Origin: Octopus vulgaris | Lineage: Eukaryota | Length of the DNA stretch: 64,000 nucleotides | Direction of reading: 5' to 3' | Assembly (NCBI GenBank): GCA_951406725.2 | Contig: OX597832.1 | Location: forward strand, 70,990,001 to 71,054,000 | Shown: piece after piece, positions 1-12,603 of the stretch | How positions within the stretch are numbered: the first letter of the stretch is position 1 | Layout: each line of letters opens with the position of its first letter | Notes under the pieces: generated by a model | Database searches by the model: none | The model's input: only the letters and a program-made list of their open reading frames with translations | Told to the model about the DNA's origin: nothing | Program-made: the position numbers and the translations under genes

Positions 1-272
1 ATTTTTTATCCTTCGTCCTGAATTCTCGCCCCTCCATCTTTACCCCTATTTACTCTTATTACCAGGTTCCTTCACGTCTATATATGTATTTATTTATTAA
101 TTTATTTACATTACTTCAACATCCAAATTTCCTCATTCTACATTGAGAGAAGAAAGAGGTGGACGCTTCAATTCTATGCTGTTGCCGCATTATGTCGTAC
201 GCGAATGAGAGGATTTGCATCCCCAACCAAGAATTTTTGATGTAACACATGTCCTTGTGGAAGCTGTTGTGC

Positions 273-350
273 GCGGCTGAAGAAGGCCACAGACATACAT
301 TATGCATTGTTATAAATCTGTCTAATAAAGGCCCGAAACATATGTACCGC
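273..350 (+). ncRNA. Type I hammerhead ribozyme (canonical core) in a probable PLE 3' terminus
   Basis: GCGG(273-276)-CTGAAGA(277-283)-A-GGCC..acaga....tctgt..GGCC-C-GAAA(335-338)-CATATG-TA-CCGC(347-350). Stem I GCGG/CCGC, palindromic stem III ACATATGT, GUA cleavage triplet. The unit runs into (AT)n at about 460. Confidence 0.85.
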
Positions 351-564
351 TGAATCCTTGGCATCATGTTTTTATTTTGATCAAGTTACTCCACCACCTA
401 CACCACCAAACGGTATACACAGGTGCTTATAATTATCAAGTACTCACCCCGAATTTCTGTATATACATATATATATATACACACACGCATATATATATAT
501 GCATATTTTTGTTAATATGTATGTATCTATCTATCAATCTATAGATACATATGTATATGTGTGT

Positions 565-1110
565 GTTTGTATCATGTTCTGGTGTACCAGCCTGCCCCCT
601 CCGGGTTTTATATAGAGCCTTTTATAACTACGCGTGGACAGAGGCTAGAAATTGTAACAGTATTCAATTCTTTAGGAGGTGCTTCGAGCACTACCGGTCT
701 TGGGGATGAAACTTCGTATAGAATCAACAGAGTTGATGGTTCCTTTGGTGGATTTGGCGGACGAGTCTAATCGCGCATGATGTGTCTCTCCAATCTGGAG
801 TTGGGATTTGTTGCTATAGGGAGATGAGACATGGGTTGTTTGTCGTGGGCATTTAGGACATTTGGAACGTTATCGTCGGTGTTGTCTTGAGAGAATTCTT
901 GAGATAGGTTGGAGGGTAGCGATCGGTGATGTGGGGATGATTGGCAGAGGTGGTGGAGGTGTGGAGTCGATAGTTGTTTAGTGAGTGGGATTGACTCAGT
1001 GCACAGCCTTTCTTCACTTTAAAAAAATCTTCTTGCACAGGCATTGCACGATAACAACATTGATTAAGCTTCGTGCAATGGCCATACTCGATAACGAGGG
1101 GGCAGTCACC
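565..1110 (-). mobile_element. Possible very degraded Penelope-like relic
   Basis: The minus frame gives only weak PLE-like motifs (RYPPTYLKNSL; PCLISYSNKSQLQIG). Bounded by microsatellites. Confidence 0.2.
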
Positions 1111-1165
1111 ATGTATGTATGTATGTATGTATGTATGTATGTATGTATGTATGTATGTATGTATG

Positions 1166-1196
<31 letters not shown>

Positions 1197-1205
1197 GTAT
1201 GTATG
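1111..1205. repeat. (ATGT)n microsatellite
   Basis: Direct reading. Confidence 0.95.
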
Positions 1206-2084
1206 TATATTTATGTACAAGTAAAGAGGATGGCGGTTTCACGATGGTGTAAAACGCAAATAAACGAACAAGAGAACGCTTGTCAGTGCTGCTGTGTGAA
1301 GTGGAATAACGTGTCTGATGTATTTCAAACGGAGATGAGTTGAGTTGTTAGCGAAGATGCGAAAGGAATGAGAAACACTAACGAGTGACTCATTCAGACT
1401 CAGTATCAAATATACATGCACACACACATACACACACATATACTTGTGTGTGTATGTATATATGTGTATATGTATATATGTACTATATATACACACATAT
1501 ATACATGCATGTGCGTGTGTATGTGTCTGTCAGTCTCTCTCTTTCCCTCTGTGTATGCATGTTATGTACGTATCTTTCTGAATATAGATTGATAGACAGA
1601 TGTGTAGTAAAACAGACGGAGAGGCAGATCGAGACACACGGACAGACATAGCACAGAATGTTTTATTTTTCAGAGCTGAAATGATTATGTCAGAATGTAA
1701 AGTGGTGGTGTGAGAGGTCTAACAGAAGGAATTCTCTTCAATATGAAGAACATCTTTAAGACATTTTATTTAATTAATCAGCGCCTTCCCTTCATTCTCT
1801 TCCAGTTTCTCCCATCATAATTTCTTTATTAATCTTATTATGTCGAACAAGATGCTTTTTTTTCGATTTGCGTTGTGCTTTTTAATGGCATCCAATTTTA
1901 GTGTGTGTGTGTTTATGTGTGCATGCTGTGTTGGCAGTAATGTATGGTATTACCTGATAGCCACGTGATGGGAACGTACTGGGATCATTGCGTTGCTTCA
2001 CTGGCGTTGCTGCCCCACGATCGGGCAACGAATTTGGGCCTTTGTTGTACCATGCTAGTCCATTGCGTGTTGACATTGATCTGC

Positions 2085-2390
2085 GATCGATTGAATTGAC
2101 ACCAGTACTTGACCAGTATTTTTTTTACGACCTCATTAGGATTAAAGGCAAAGTTGATCACCTCTTAGTTTGAACTCAGAAAACGAAGACCGGGAACAAA
2201 CACCACAAAGTTATTTTCCCGATACTCTAACCACTCTGCCACCATCGACGTGTTGCGTCGAACAATATGTTGTACGATGTTTAGTTACGGATCTCTATAT
2301 TGTGAGTTCAAATTCTGCCCGAGGTCGATTTTGCTTTTCGTCCATTCCGAGTCAATAGAATAGAGTACCAGTCATATAACAGGGTCGATC
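2085..2390. mobile_element. Two diverged head-to-head copies of SINE family M (minus about 2085-2245, plus about 2290-2390)
   Basis: Both match the gttcaaattccgccgaggtcgactttgcctttcatcc..gataaa..agtaccag body of the copy at 10611-10832. Confidence 0.6.
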
Positions 2391-2578
2391 TTGAAGGTGT
2401 GGCAGGGCCCGTGGCCATTGAAACCCTCAAAAGACAGAAGGGAATATCGTAGTTAGTGCAAATGTTGAACATTTGTAAGTGGACGGCTAAAGGGAAAACT
2501 CCTGCCTACAGGGGGTGGGGATTGCAAGGAGCTGATGTACTGGGGAGGAGGGGGTAATATCAAATGTAGAGTGGGAAG

Positions 2579-3102
2579 GCAGAGAGGCAATGGTCAGCAT
2601 GAGCAGGGTCTGGAAGAGTAGAGACATCAGACTTGCTACCAAATGTAGATTGGTGAATGCAATTGTCTTCCCAATAGCAACATATTGATGCGAGACCTGG
2701 ACACTAAAGAAAGCTGACCAGAAGAGAATTAATGCATTCGAACTTTGGTGTTGGAGAAGACTTTTACGGATTCCATGGACAGCGAGGCTCACCAATGGAG
2801 AAGTTCTTAAGCAGATTAGGCCGAAAATGTCGCTAGAAGCTAAGATCACCAAGCATAGATTGGCATGTTTCGGTCATATTATGCGGAAAAATCCCTGGAG
2901 AAGGACATCATGCTCGGAATGGTCAGTGGCAAGAGAGGAAGAGGCCGACAAAGAACCCGCTGGCTTGACACCATCAAGAGTGATACCGGAATGGACATAG
3001 CCAATCTGAAAGAAGCGGCCAAGGATAGAACTGACTGGAGGACACTGATCCAACGAGTAACCGAGAGTCGACTTCGACTGAGCGGATAGATGGATGGATG
3101 GG
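2579..3102 (+). mobile_element. 5'-truncated RTE-clade LINE (RT C-terminus) with (GATG)n tail and 11-bp TSD
   Basis: Translation: VWKSRDIRLATKCRLVNAIVFP..CETWTLKKADQKRINAFELWCWRRLLRIPW..EKDIMLGMVSGKRGRGRQRTRWLDTIK..WRTLIQRVTESR. TSD AGAGTGGGAAG at 2568-2578 and 3103-3113. Confidence 0.92.
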
Positions 3103-3529
3103 AGAGTGGGAAGAGGATAGACGTGTCGGTGGGAGGAGCGTCTAAGTGAAGTTGCTGCAGAACGACTAACTTCTGAATATCAGAAGCCATGAGAGTAGAA
3201 AGAGCAGCAAGAGGGATGTTAGTGTCTTCCCATTCGATCCAGAATGTCTGGGGTTTGAGTTCCGGGGCGATTTAATTGCAATCGCTGGAATGGATTTACA
3301 TCGGATCAGTCTAAGATGTCTGCTTATTGAGCAAGAGCAACGTCTCAGTTTTCTACTGACCTGGGGCTAAACAACAACTACTACCACCACCACCACCACT
3401 ACTACTACTGCCCATGCTGTTGCTGCTACTGCTGCTGTTACCTCTACGTTATCAAGCCAAGAAGCGAACCTTTACATGGTCAGAAATAACAGCCAAATTA
3501 CCCTCTGTTATCATACAGGCACAGACATT

Positions 3530-3955
3530 GCTGTGTGGTTGGTAAATGCAATTCGCAACTGCATGGCTTCCGGTTCAGTCCCACTGCGGCACTTTGCTCC
3601 ACAGTGTCTTCTATTATAGTTCCAGGCCGACCAATGCCTTGTGAATGTGGTAAACGGAAACTACGTGGAAGCCTGCTGTCTACATGTGTGTGTGTATATA
3701 AATGTATGTATGTAGGCATGAGTTTTTATGTTTGTAATTATCTCTCACTTGTTGTCAACCGCTATTGGTTTGTTTGCGTTCCTGTATCTTTTAGCGGGGT
3801 CATTTAAAAATAAATGCCGATAGAATAGGAACCAAACTTCAAAAAAGGTAAAAACAAATAGTCCTGGGATTAAGTTGATTGGCTAAACCTTTCGTAGCAG
3901 TGCTCCAGCAAGGCCGTAGTCCTGCGACTGAAACAAATAAAAGAATAAAAAGATG
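3530..3955 (+). mobile_element. SINE family A, diverged copy
   Basis: tRNA-like head (ggttcagtcccactgcg), internal microsatellite, 3' gtgctccagca..gactgaaac..aaaagaataaaa. Confidence 0.75.
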
Positions 3956-6059
3956 AAAATAATTTTTTTTCATTTTTTAAAAAAATGGACATATGGGTAT
4001 CGGGGTTTCTGGTTGTCATGACATAGAGGAACAGATGTGGTGGTCATGACTGGAACGCATTTGATAATAAATGTGTGTACTCCACCTCTATTAACTTGGA
4101 TGGTGGCTAAAACAACAACGATTTATAAATTTGTGTTGTTGGGTGGCAGAGACGACCAAAAAACTGCGACACTAAAAACTCTAAAATCTTTAGTTGCTCT
4201 GTCCCTGAAGGTCTTAAGTTCAAATCCTGCAAAAGCCGACTCGACCTTGTTGTTCATAGTTTTTAATGATCGGTACACAGAATATATAAATAAATAAATA
4301 CAATTTACTGTATTTAATCGATTGTCCACTTTCCTGCAGTGTTGTAACCTCGTGCTACAAGGAGAAATCGATTTTTTCAAAAGAGCAAAGTTTCTCTTAA
4401 ACTTCATTTGCATTAAATTCACTTCAGCTTTGCCAGTTAACGAAACACTTGTCAATTCTGTATTGTTCCCACTGCCTACAGTCATAAATGTCTTCCACAG
4501 ACAAGCAGACAGACACTTGCTTCAGGTCTCGTTTCCAGACAGTGAAATGAATATGAAGTTAAGTACAGATGTGCTCTTTATTCACAGAGACTGCTCAGTG
4601 GTAAGTGTTAAAATGGTGGGATGGTCATCATAGGAGTGGCGAGAGACGTTGGTGTTGGAGATGGTAGTGGTCATAGTAGGGTTGGTTATAGATGTGATTG
4701 TAATGGTGAGGATGATGATAGTGATTATGATGATGGTGATGGTAGTTGTAGTGGTTATGATGATGGTGTTGGTGGCGACAGTGATGTTAGTGATTGTGGT
4801 GGGGGGGTTGTGATGGTGGTGGTGGTGATGGGGGTCGGTGTTAGCGATGATGATATGAAGGTGGTGGTGGAGTGGAAGTGGTAGTAGTGGCATGTGCTCA
4901 ATCTTGTTATTGTTCTTACTACATTGCTGTTGTTTAACCCCACTTCCATCAAAGACATTCCAATCGTGACCCTCCTGCCTTTGTTTTCCCTATTTACAAA
5001 AATCCACGACTAAATGTCAATATTGCAATTCCCCTTTCTAAAACTGTGAAGATCAGACTTGAGGGACGTTTGACTGAGGTTTCTACCGAGTCAAGCAATT
5101 ATGAAGAGGCTCCTTGTTTGGCTCGTAATTACGACAGTGTCACTAGAGAGACAGACTTGTTGTTGTTTAACCCCAGGTCAGTCCTGATCAAACAAATCAA
5201 ATGGGTCCCCAATTCTCTATTCATCATTCCACCATCTTTCCTGCTCTCACCCGATGGACCAGCGTCCCGTTGAGTAATGGGTTTGTCATTTCACTTTATT
5301 TCACCATGGAAAACAGCTTAAATTTCGGTCTTACAAATCCCGGAGCTCATCTAAATAAAACAAACAACCGTCATGGTTTGTCAGTATCCTTTGTATATAT
5401 AAGACGGTCGGGGAGAACTGGCTGGCATTTCTTGCATGCTGGCCCACCATATGTGTTGCTTAGTTGGCGTCATTGCTTTTGCTATGGTTGCTGTTGTCGT
5501 CGTCGTTGTTTTTGTTGTTGTTGTTTTTGTTGTTGCTGTTGTTGAAGTAGTGATAGTGGGGGAGAGGGTGTATGTGGTGGTGAGGGTGCTGGAAATGGTG
5601 GAGGCTGCACAGTTCAGGACATTGTAACTATTTTTGTTGTTGCTGTTGTTGTAACTGATATCATGGTGGTTGTGGTGGTGGCGGCGGCGGCAGCGACGGT
5701 GGTGGCGGCGGCAGCGGCGGTGGTGGCGGCGGTGTTAGTGGCGCTGTTGGTGCTTCATCTGAGTTCAATGATTGAACTGCCCAAAATCTTGTTGCAGTTG
5801 TAACTGATATTCTGGTAGTTCATACGGCTTTTGCTAGTTTCGTTGATAGTGCTCCTGTCGTTGTTCTCGTTGTTGTTGTCGCCGCCGTTGTTACATTCCT
5901 TCTGTTGTCAAGCTCCATTAGCTCAGTTAAACGTAATGTCACATCTTATTACTCAGCCTTACGAAGCAACGATTTAAATTTCATTTCTACAGCTGAATAT
6001 ACACACACTCAAACCCTGTGTGTATGTGTGTGTGCGCGCGCGCATATATATGTACTTAT

Positions 6060-6116
<57 letters not shown>

Positions 6117-6639
6117 TGTATATATATATATATATTACATCTACGCAGATATCTACATAAACACTATGTGTGGGTGTGTGCGTATACTTACATATATGTA
6201 TATACCTAATATTAGGCGTTAGTGTTATGTATATAATCATGTGTGTGAATGTCTATATGCATGTATGTACGTACGTGTGTGTTTGTGTGTGTGTGTGTAT
6301 GTGTGTTATTCTTGATAAAATAACAAGAAGAGGTGAGACAACGTGACCAAAGAATTCTGCTAAATTCAAGTTGAAAAGCGGTAGACAAAAGCAATGAAGT
6401 TAGGCAGCGTATGAGTAGCAAAGTGGTGGTGAGAGGAAGGGAATGAGCTGAAGAATCTTTCCTTGGACACGTGATGAATGAAGCCTACCAGGTTAATCTT
6501 ACATCCGTGACCAGTGAAAGATCTCAACCCTCAATACTAACAGTTCACTACTTTTCTTTACAAAAGAACCGAAATGCCGTTTTACTGCCAACAACAGAAA
6601 TAAATTCTCCAAGACATTTACCGAAGGCTGATAATTCTT

Positions 6640-8200
6640 TATATAATCGCACGGTCTGCTGGTCTCGGGCCTAACATAGGGAGTTCTTTCCCTGCTTGCA
6701 ATATGTATATCGAGTGTATATAAGCAGTTGGAGGAGGTGTCCTCCTGGGGGTTAAAACGGCAGTATCGTCGGTTCCTAGGGAATAGCTGCGTTTAAGTGG
6801 CGTTAAACACTACTTTATGATTCCATTAGTTCTCCATAAACATTCTAATGAAGCTGCTGACCACAAGGGACGACTGTTTTGGCACACCGCCCACAAGTCG
6901 CTAGTCATCGATCGTAGCACGAGTCGGGAGCAACCCTACCAAATAGCTCTCAGCAGTTAGCATCAACCACCATCTGCTGACAGATACTCATTCCACCATG
7001 TGATTCAAACTAGATTATAAGAACGATCCTTACTCACCACCCAACGGAACCAGATTCACGTAGAAGTTGTGAACGTCTTGTCACCCAGAAACAAGCGACC
7101 GAACGATCACTCCAGCGAAACTTTAAGCAATGCTATTCTGGAATCAATCTATTAATTTATACAGATAAATACAACTTGTACGAAAAGTATCAAATGTGTG
7201 AAAGCGTGTTTGAAATTAACAACAGGTTGAGTCATCTTTACTTAACTTCATGCTTCTAGCCGCAAAACAAGTCTGCGCCATCAGATGTCAGAGTTAGAGC
7301 ACAGAAAACTTAATATGGATTCTAGGTGAGGAGATTTAGGCTACTGTCACATATGTATTTTATGTATTTAATGACATTAGTTCTACCATTGTTTACTCCA
7401 CATTTTATAGCAGACAGGATGTTGACGCCAGTTAGTCTGGATTCTGTAAAATGAAACATTTCAACAACTTTTATCACGCAGAAAGTCACCGCTTTCGAGG
7501 TGTTTGGATGCATGAGTTTCCGTAAAAAACATGGCTACTGGATGATAATAGGCCGTTATCTCTCAACAGACAGTCGGGATTGCATACGCTGCAACTGTGC
7601 TTAGACCAGCTAGGCCTATGGTGGCAAAATTGTGTTATTAGTGGCCAAAATCTTGAAATTCATTTACAGGACGTATCTCTGTCGACAACAAGACAACACT
7701 TTTCCTATTGATGGACACTGCAGGCTATTAGGGTGTGTGCTGCAGTCTATCACGGAAACCAGGGCTGGTCATTACGAACTCCAGATGAGTAAGGAGCAGT
7801 CCTATAATCGATGATTTACGTAATGTTGACAGCGTTGCCTCTATGATTTTTGTCTCTCCAGATGTATCAGGAAGAGGTGTCTCTATACATGAGAAAACGC
7901 ATGTTTCGTAAATCGTCTCTTTAAGTAATTGGTTGCCATGACAATGTAGTATCTCGTGATATTTTCGCTTGGTGTGAAGGTGGCTACATAAACCACATCC
8001 TTTGAGAAACAAGATCCCGCTAGTGGGCAGTTGGTAGAATTTCCACGGTTACAAGGGGAATGCGGAAAGAAGACAGGATTGCATGTCTGTTATTGTTGTA
8101 GCGTGTAATGTTTCAAGCAACATTATCTAAGCATGCGTAGCAAACGTAGATGTGGATCTAAAAGACTCTATGTGATAGCTATGGGAGCTTGGGAAATGAT
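6640..8200 (+). mobile_element. Possible ancient LINE relic (APE endonuclease motifs)
   Basis: GGGVLLGVK (about 6730-6756) and YSPPN (about 7030-7045) resemble APE motifs. No continuous ORF. Confidence 0.3.
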
Positions 8201-8494
8201 GTACAATTAACGTCAGAATACTCTTAGTTGTATTAAAAGAAACATTTTAATTGAAAAGAAGTTTAAACCAGATGCCCTTCCCTTTCTAACTCTCTTTGGA
8301 TTTCAGCTAAGGTGGGAGACACTCAACGTACATTCACTTTTCGGTAGAAACAATTATCGCTAGTACCTTGTTACAGTAGGGCACGACCCTGTCGGCGATC
8401 TCTCTCTCAAGCCATAGATAGGAAACTCTTCTGCTGATACCTGTACCTAGGTTTCTAGTTACAACCCGAGTGATTAGAGTATCCATGATTTCTG

Positions 8495-8715
8495 GAGGTG
8501 CATGGCTCAGTGGTTAAGGTGTTGGACACATGATCGTAAGACTGCGGTTTCGATTCCTAGACCGGGTGAGGAAACATCCATTCTACGTTGCTCCAGTTCA
8601 CTCAGCTGTGAATGATCCTGCGATAGACTGGCATCCTATCCAGGAGTGGGTAGCAATATACATAAATACCCTAGAATCCAGGAAAGCAGTCTTATGCCCC
8701 TTACGAAAGAATGTA
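8495..8715 (+). mobile_element. tRNA-derived SINE (V-domain-like central part)
   Basis: A box tggctcagtgg, B box ggtttcgattcc, central cctgcgatagactggcatcctatccagg. Confidence 0.7.
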
Positions 8716-9429
8716 AACTAGCCGTTACTGTTAATGAACTTTAAGCCAGTCGATACTGATAGTCCCGAGATACCATCAGACTGCGGTATTCTAAAAACAA
8801 CAAGTACGCTTGAGCTAGACAGGTCTCTGGTGACCAGAGACCAATCTGACTCAAGCACATTTGTAGGGTAGGACCGACGCGTAAAGCGATTACAGCCTGT
8901 TATCACCCGGCAACCATACTTGTCACTCAAACGCATGCGCAGCCTCTAATTCAACCAAACTAGTTACCTCTTCATATGATTACTGCAGTCACTGAAATGT
9001 CACATTCTACAAAATGCCGACTAACTGACGCCAATATCTTATCTGTCTTACTACACGGAGCATGCAATAAAATAACTGGTGTCCCTAGATAGTCAACTGA
9101 TCCACGAAAATATAGGAAACCTCGGCAAAAAATATAACACAAGTACATAATTATATTATCAATATGGACCAAAGAGAGAAGCAGATATACGTGCATGCGT
9201 GTCTGTGTCGGTTTGTATAGTTGCAATATTTCAAGTAAATTCTTTATATTATCGGTAGATTTTCTATATTTCGTACGATTTTATTTATTTATTGTGATTT
9301 GTAGTCCAGTTTCTAAATCGTCTACTACTACTACAGATATGTGAATTATACTGTAAAATATGCATCACATATGATCGAAATGGCTGTAGTGTGAGCATTT
9401 GTATCATTATACGTACAAATACACACATA

Positions 9430-9470
<41 letters not shown>

Positions 9471-10118
9471 TTAAATTGCACTCAGCCTTTTTTTTTTTCG
9501 CTCCAGAATGATCCCAATAAACTTATTTATCAGACGTACTCCCAACGGCATTTAAAAAATTAAAATCCGTGTTTATATCTTATTGCTATCCAGACTAAAT
9601 CATAATTGTAATGATTTTAACTCTCCATTACTGGAGGGCATGTAGACGTGTATGTACAGACAGACGGACGGTATTATTTAATTGCCAGCGGCCTAAGCAC
9701 TACAGCTATAATAGAGTACATTGCTTAAAAGGATTAGACAGAGGATTATAACGACCTCATTCCTTATTCTGGTACTTCACACGTCGAAGTACACTTACGC
9801 CTTTTCATTCATATCTTTAATCGGATTAACAAATCTATAACTGTCTCTCATATCACACCGAACAAAAGGCGTTTGATTGTATCTCCGTCTGTCAGCCAAA
9901 TTAAATGGATCCTCATCATTTTCCATGATGAGTGTTTCACCCACTATTCACTCCCAAACATGTGTGTTCTTTAATTAATGTTGAAGGTTAATGTGACACA
10001 CTGTGGCACAGTGCTTGACATAGATACATCCCTAAACTAATGCTACATTGCATCTTTTTAATCTACTGTAAGTGGCTGGATATTCCGCAGACATATATAT
10101 ATACATACATACATACAT

Positions 10119-10172
<54 letters not shown>

Positions 10173-10559
10173 TTCCTATTATGTTAAACTGTCGTATTTC
10201 CAAATTTGGCCAAATGCGCTTTTTTTCAATATTTAATTTTGCTTGCAATATAGCCAATTGCTTTGGTCAGACTATCGTATCTCCAGCTGCTTCAGATGCC
10301 AAGATATGTAACTTGTCAAAGTGTAGTACAATGGTTGAACCTTTTTCAAAAGTGTAGTAGGTCCCACATACGATAGTTTTGCAAAAATATTTCTGACTGA
10401 AAATATTATACATGAATGGAGTTTCGACTTTATGCACCCAACAAAGTATTATTGTTAAGCTGAAACTGTCGATAATGTAAAATGAAATGGAATGGTGTAA
10501 CTTGTTTTTCGTTTTTTGAAAAAAAATTACTTGAACACACACATGCACACACACACACC

Positions 10560-10610
<51 letters not shown>

Positions 10611-10614
<4 letters not shown>

Positions 10615-10832
10615 CTTTACTACCCACAATGGGCTAAACACAGAGGGGACAAACAAGGACAGACAAAGGGATTAAGTCGACTACATCGACTCCAGTGCGT
10701 AACTGGTACTTAATTTATCGACCCCGAAAGGATGAAAGGCAAAGTCGACCTCGGCAGAATTTGAACTCACAACGTAACGACAGACGAAATACCGCTAAGC
10801 ATTTCACCCAGCGCGCTAACGTTTCGGCCAGC
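10611..10832 (-). mobile_element. SINE family M with a Tx1-like 3' tail
   Basis: Head gctggccgaaacgttagcgcg, B-box-like gagttcaaattc, central gcctttcatcctttcggggtcgataaattaagtacc (Meta-domain-like), tail ..ccattgtgggtagtaaagaaat running into (AT)n. Confidence 0.85.
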
Positions 10833-10851
10833 ACACATACACACACACATA

Positions 10852-11187
10852 TATATATTATAAATCTGAAATGCGACAAAAGTTTGTTTGTCTGATTTTG
10901 GCATTAGAACGGATTAAGTGGCACTAAATGCGCTCGGATTCGCTCCAAAATTCACAGGGACATATAAAAAGAGACGAGGAGGTGAGTGGGTTAGGTTAGA
11001 AATCCCTATCTCAAGAGTTGTGGTTACTAGGGCAAAAAACCCCACACTTTGACAAGTATTTGTCGTTCCTCTCTTTCTCATATCTGCCTGTCTTCTTCCG
11101 TCTCTCTCTCTCTCTCTATAACGACGTTTAACAGCTTCCACTATCTTTCCTCCGCCACTTCGCCAGCTCGGTAACTCATTATCCCAC

Positions 11188-11231
<44 letters not shown>

Positions 11232-11554
11232 ACTCTGTACGTCTGTCTGCACTATCTCTCTATAACTTTCTCTCTATAACGACGTTTGACAGCTTCGCCG
11301 TCTCTCTGTCACTCTTTCCCCAACCACCTCTCTCACTGTACTTCTGTCTCTATCTATAGAGAGATAGCGTGACAGTAGCAACAGTTTAAATATTCCCGTC
11401 TTTTAGAACGGTGAATTATTATAGCCCACCACCATCGCACAATCATAACAGATATTATTAATCAGATATATTGTGTTAATTTATATATATATGTGTGTAT
11501 ATTAATATATATATAATGTGTATACATATATATATGTGTGTATATATATATAAA

Positions 11555-11599
<45 letters not shown>

Positions 11600-11935
11600 G
11601 TATATATTTGTATATATGTGTGTAGATATATATATGTGTGTGTAGACATGTATTATATAAATATGTACATATTTCATGCGTATGTGTATATATATAATGT
11701 GTGCATATGTGATCGGATTCAGCTGAAAATATGCACACCTATGTTAAAAGTGTTAGCGATTTTGCATGGCAACTTTGAGTTTGCTCAATTGAAAGGCATC
11801 GCCTCTAGGGCAAAATTCCTCATCTTTTAAAATGTAGCCCAACTAAACCCGAATGAAATCGGGTTATAATACCGAAACAAGTAAAACTATAATAAACTAT
11901 TTTAATCCCGAGCAAGGCCCGTATATCTGTCTAAT
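10852..11935 (+). mobile_element. Non-autonomous Helitron-like element with internal microsatellites
   Basis: 5' atatattataaa..gtttgtttgtctg and a degenerate 3' end cccgagcaaggcccg..tctgtctaa. Confidence 0.4.
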
Positions 11936-12409
11936 CTATAAAGTGAAGAAGGCGAACGTTGATACAAATAGGATTTTTATGTAAAAAGGGGTCTAAATGG
12001 GGTTGGAAGGGGATTAAAATGTACAGGAGGGGGTAACTTGAGGTGGGAAATTGATTGGGAGACGTGTTGCGCCGACACAGTGGTTACTTTGGTGCGAAAA
12101 CGGGGATTTTATTGATTTTGGGGGACACTTGGGGGTCTAGATCGGACACCTTTTGCCCGATTTCAATAAAATTTTCGACATAGTAAAGTGCAAGCGGATT
12201 TGTAATTTAAACACGGGAATCTAATTTTTTTATAAATAGCAGAGAGAAAGCGAGGGAGAGTCCGAGAGAAAGAAAGAGTAAGAGAATGGGAAAGTGAGAA
12301 AGGAGAGAGAAACAAAAAGGGAGAATGTGGCGATAAGAAACAGAAAGGAAGCAACAGAAAGTAACAACTACAACCTGACCCGCGCGTAGAGCGGGTCACC
12401 TTAAGCTAG
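11930..12409 (+). mobile_element. Non-autonomous Helitron-like element
   Basis: Starts TCTAATCTATAAAG. Subterminal hairpin TGACCCGC(12376-12383)/GCGGGTCA(12391-12398) and terminal CTAG (12406-12409) followed by T. Confidence 0.65.
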
Positions 12410-12417
12410 TATATATG

Positions 12418-12482
<65 letters not shown>

Positions 12483-12568
12483 AATCCAAACGGGAAACAA
12501 AAAAACAACAACAATGGAACAATTACAGTATTATTATTAATAGGCGCTCAGGAAATGGAAGCAGGGAG

Positions 12569-12603
12569 GTATGACGTTTCGAGCGGAGCTCTTCGTCGGA
12601 AAC
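12569..12603 (-). ncRNA. Minimal hammerhead motif, U4C core variant
   Basis: GUUU-CCGACGA-A-GAGC-ucc-GCUC-GAAA-CG-UC-AUAC. Stem I has a U-U mismatch. Identical to 54293-54327. Confidence 0.65.

Noticed and set aside
5390-5405. TATA-like TATATATAAG promoter
   Set aside because: Expected by chance in AT-rich DNA, with no linked gene.
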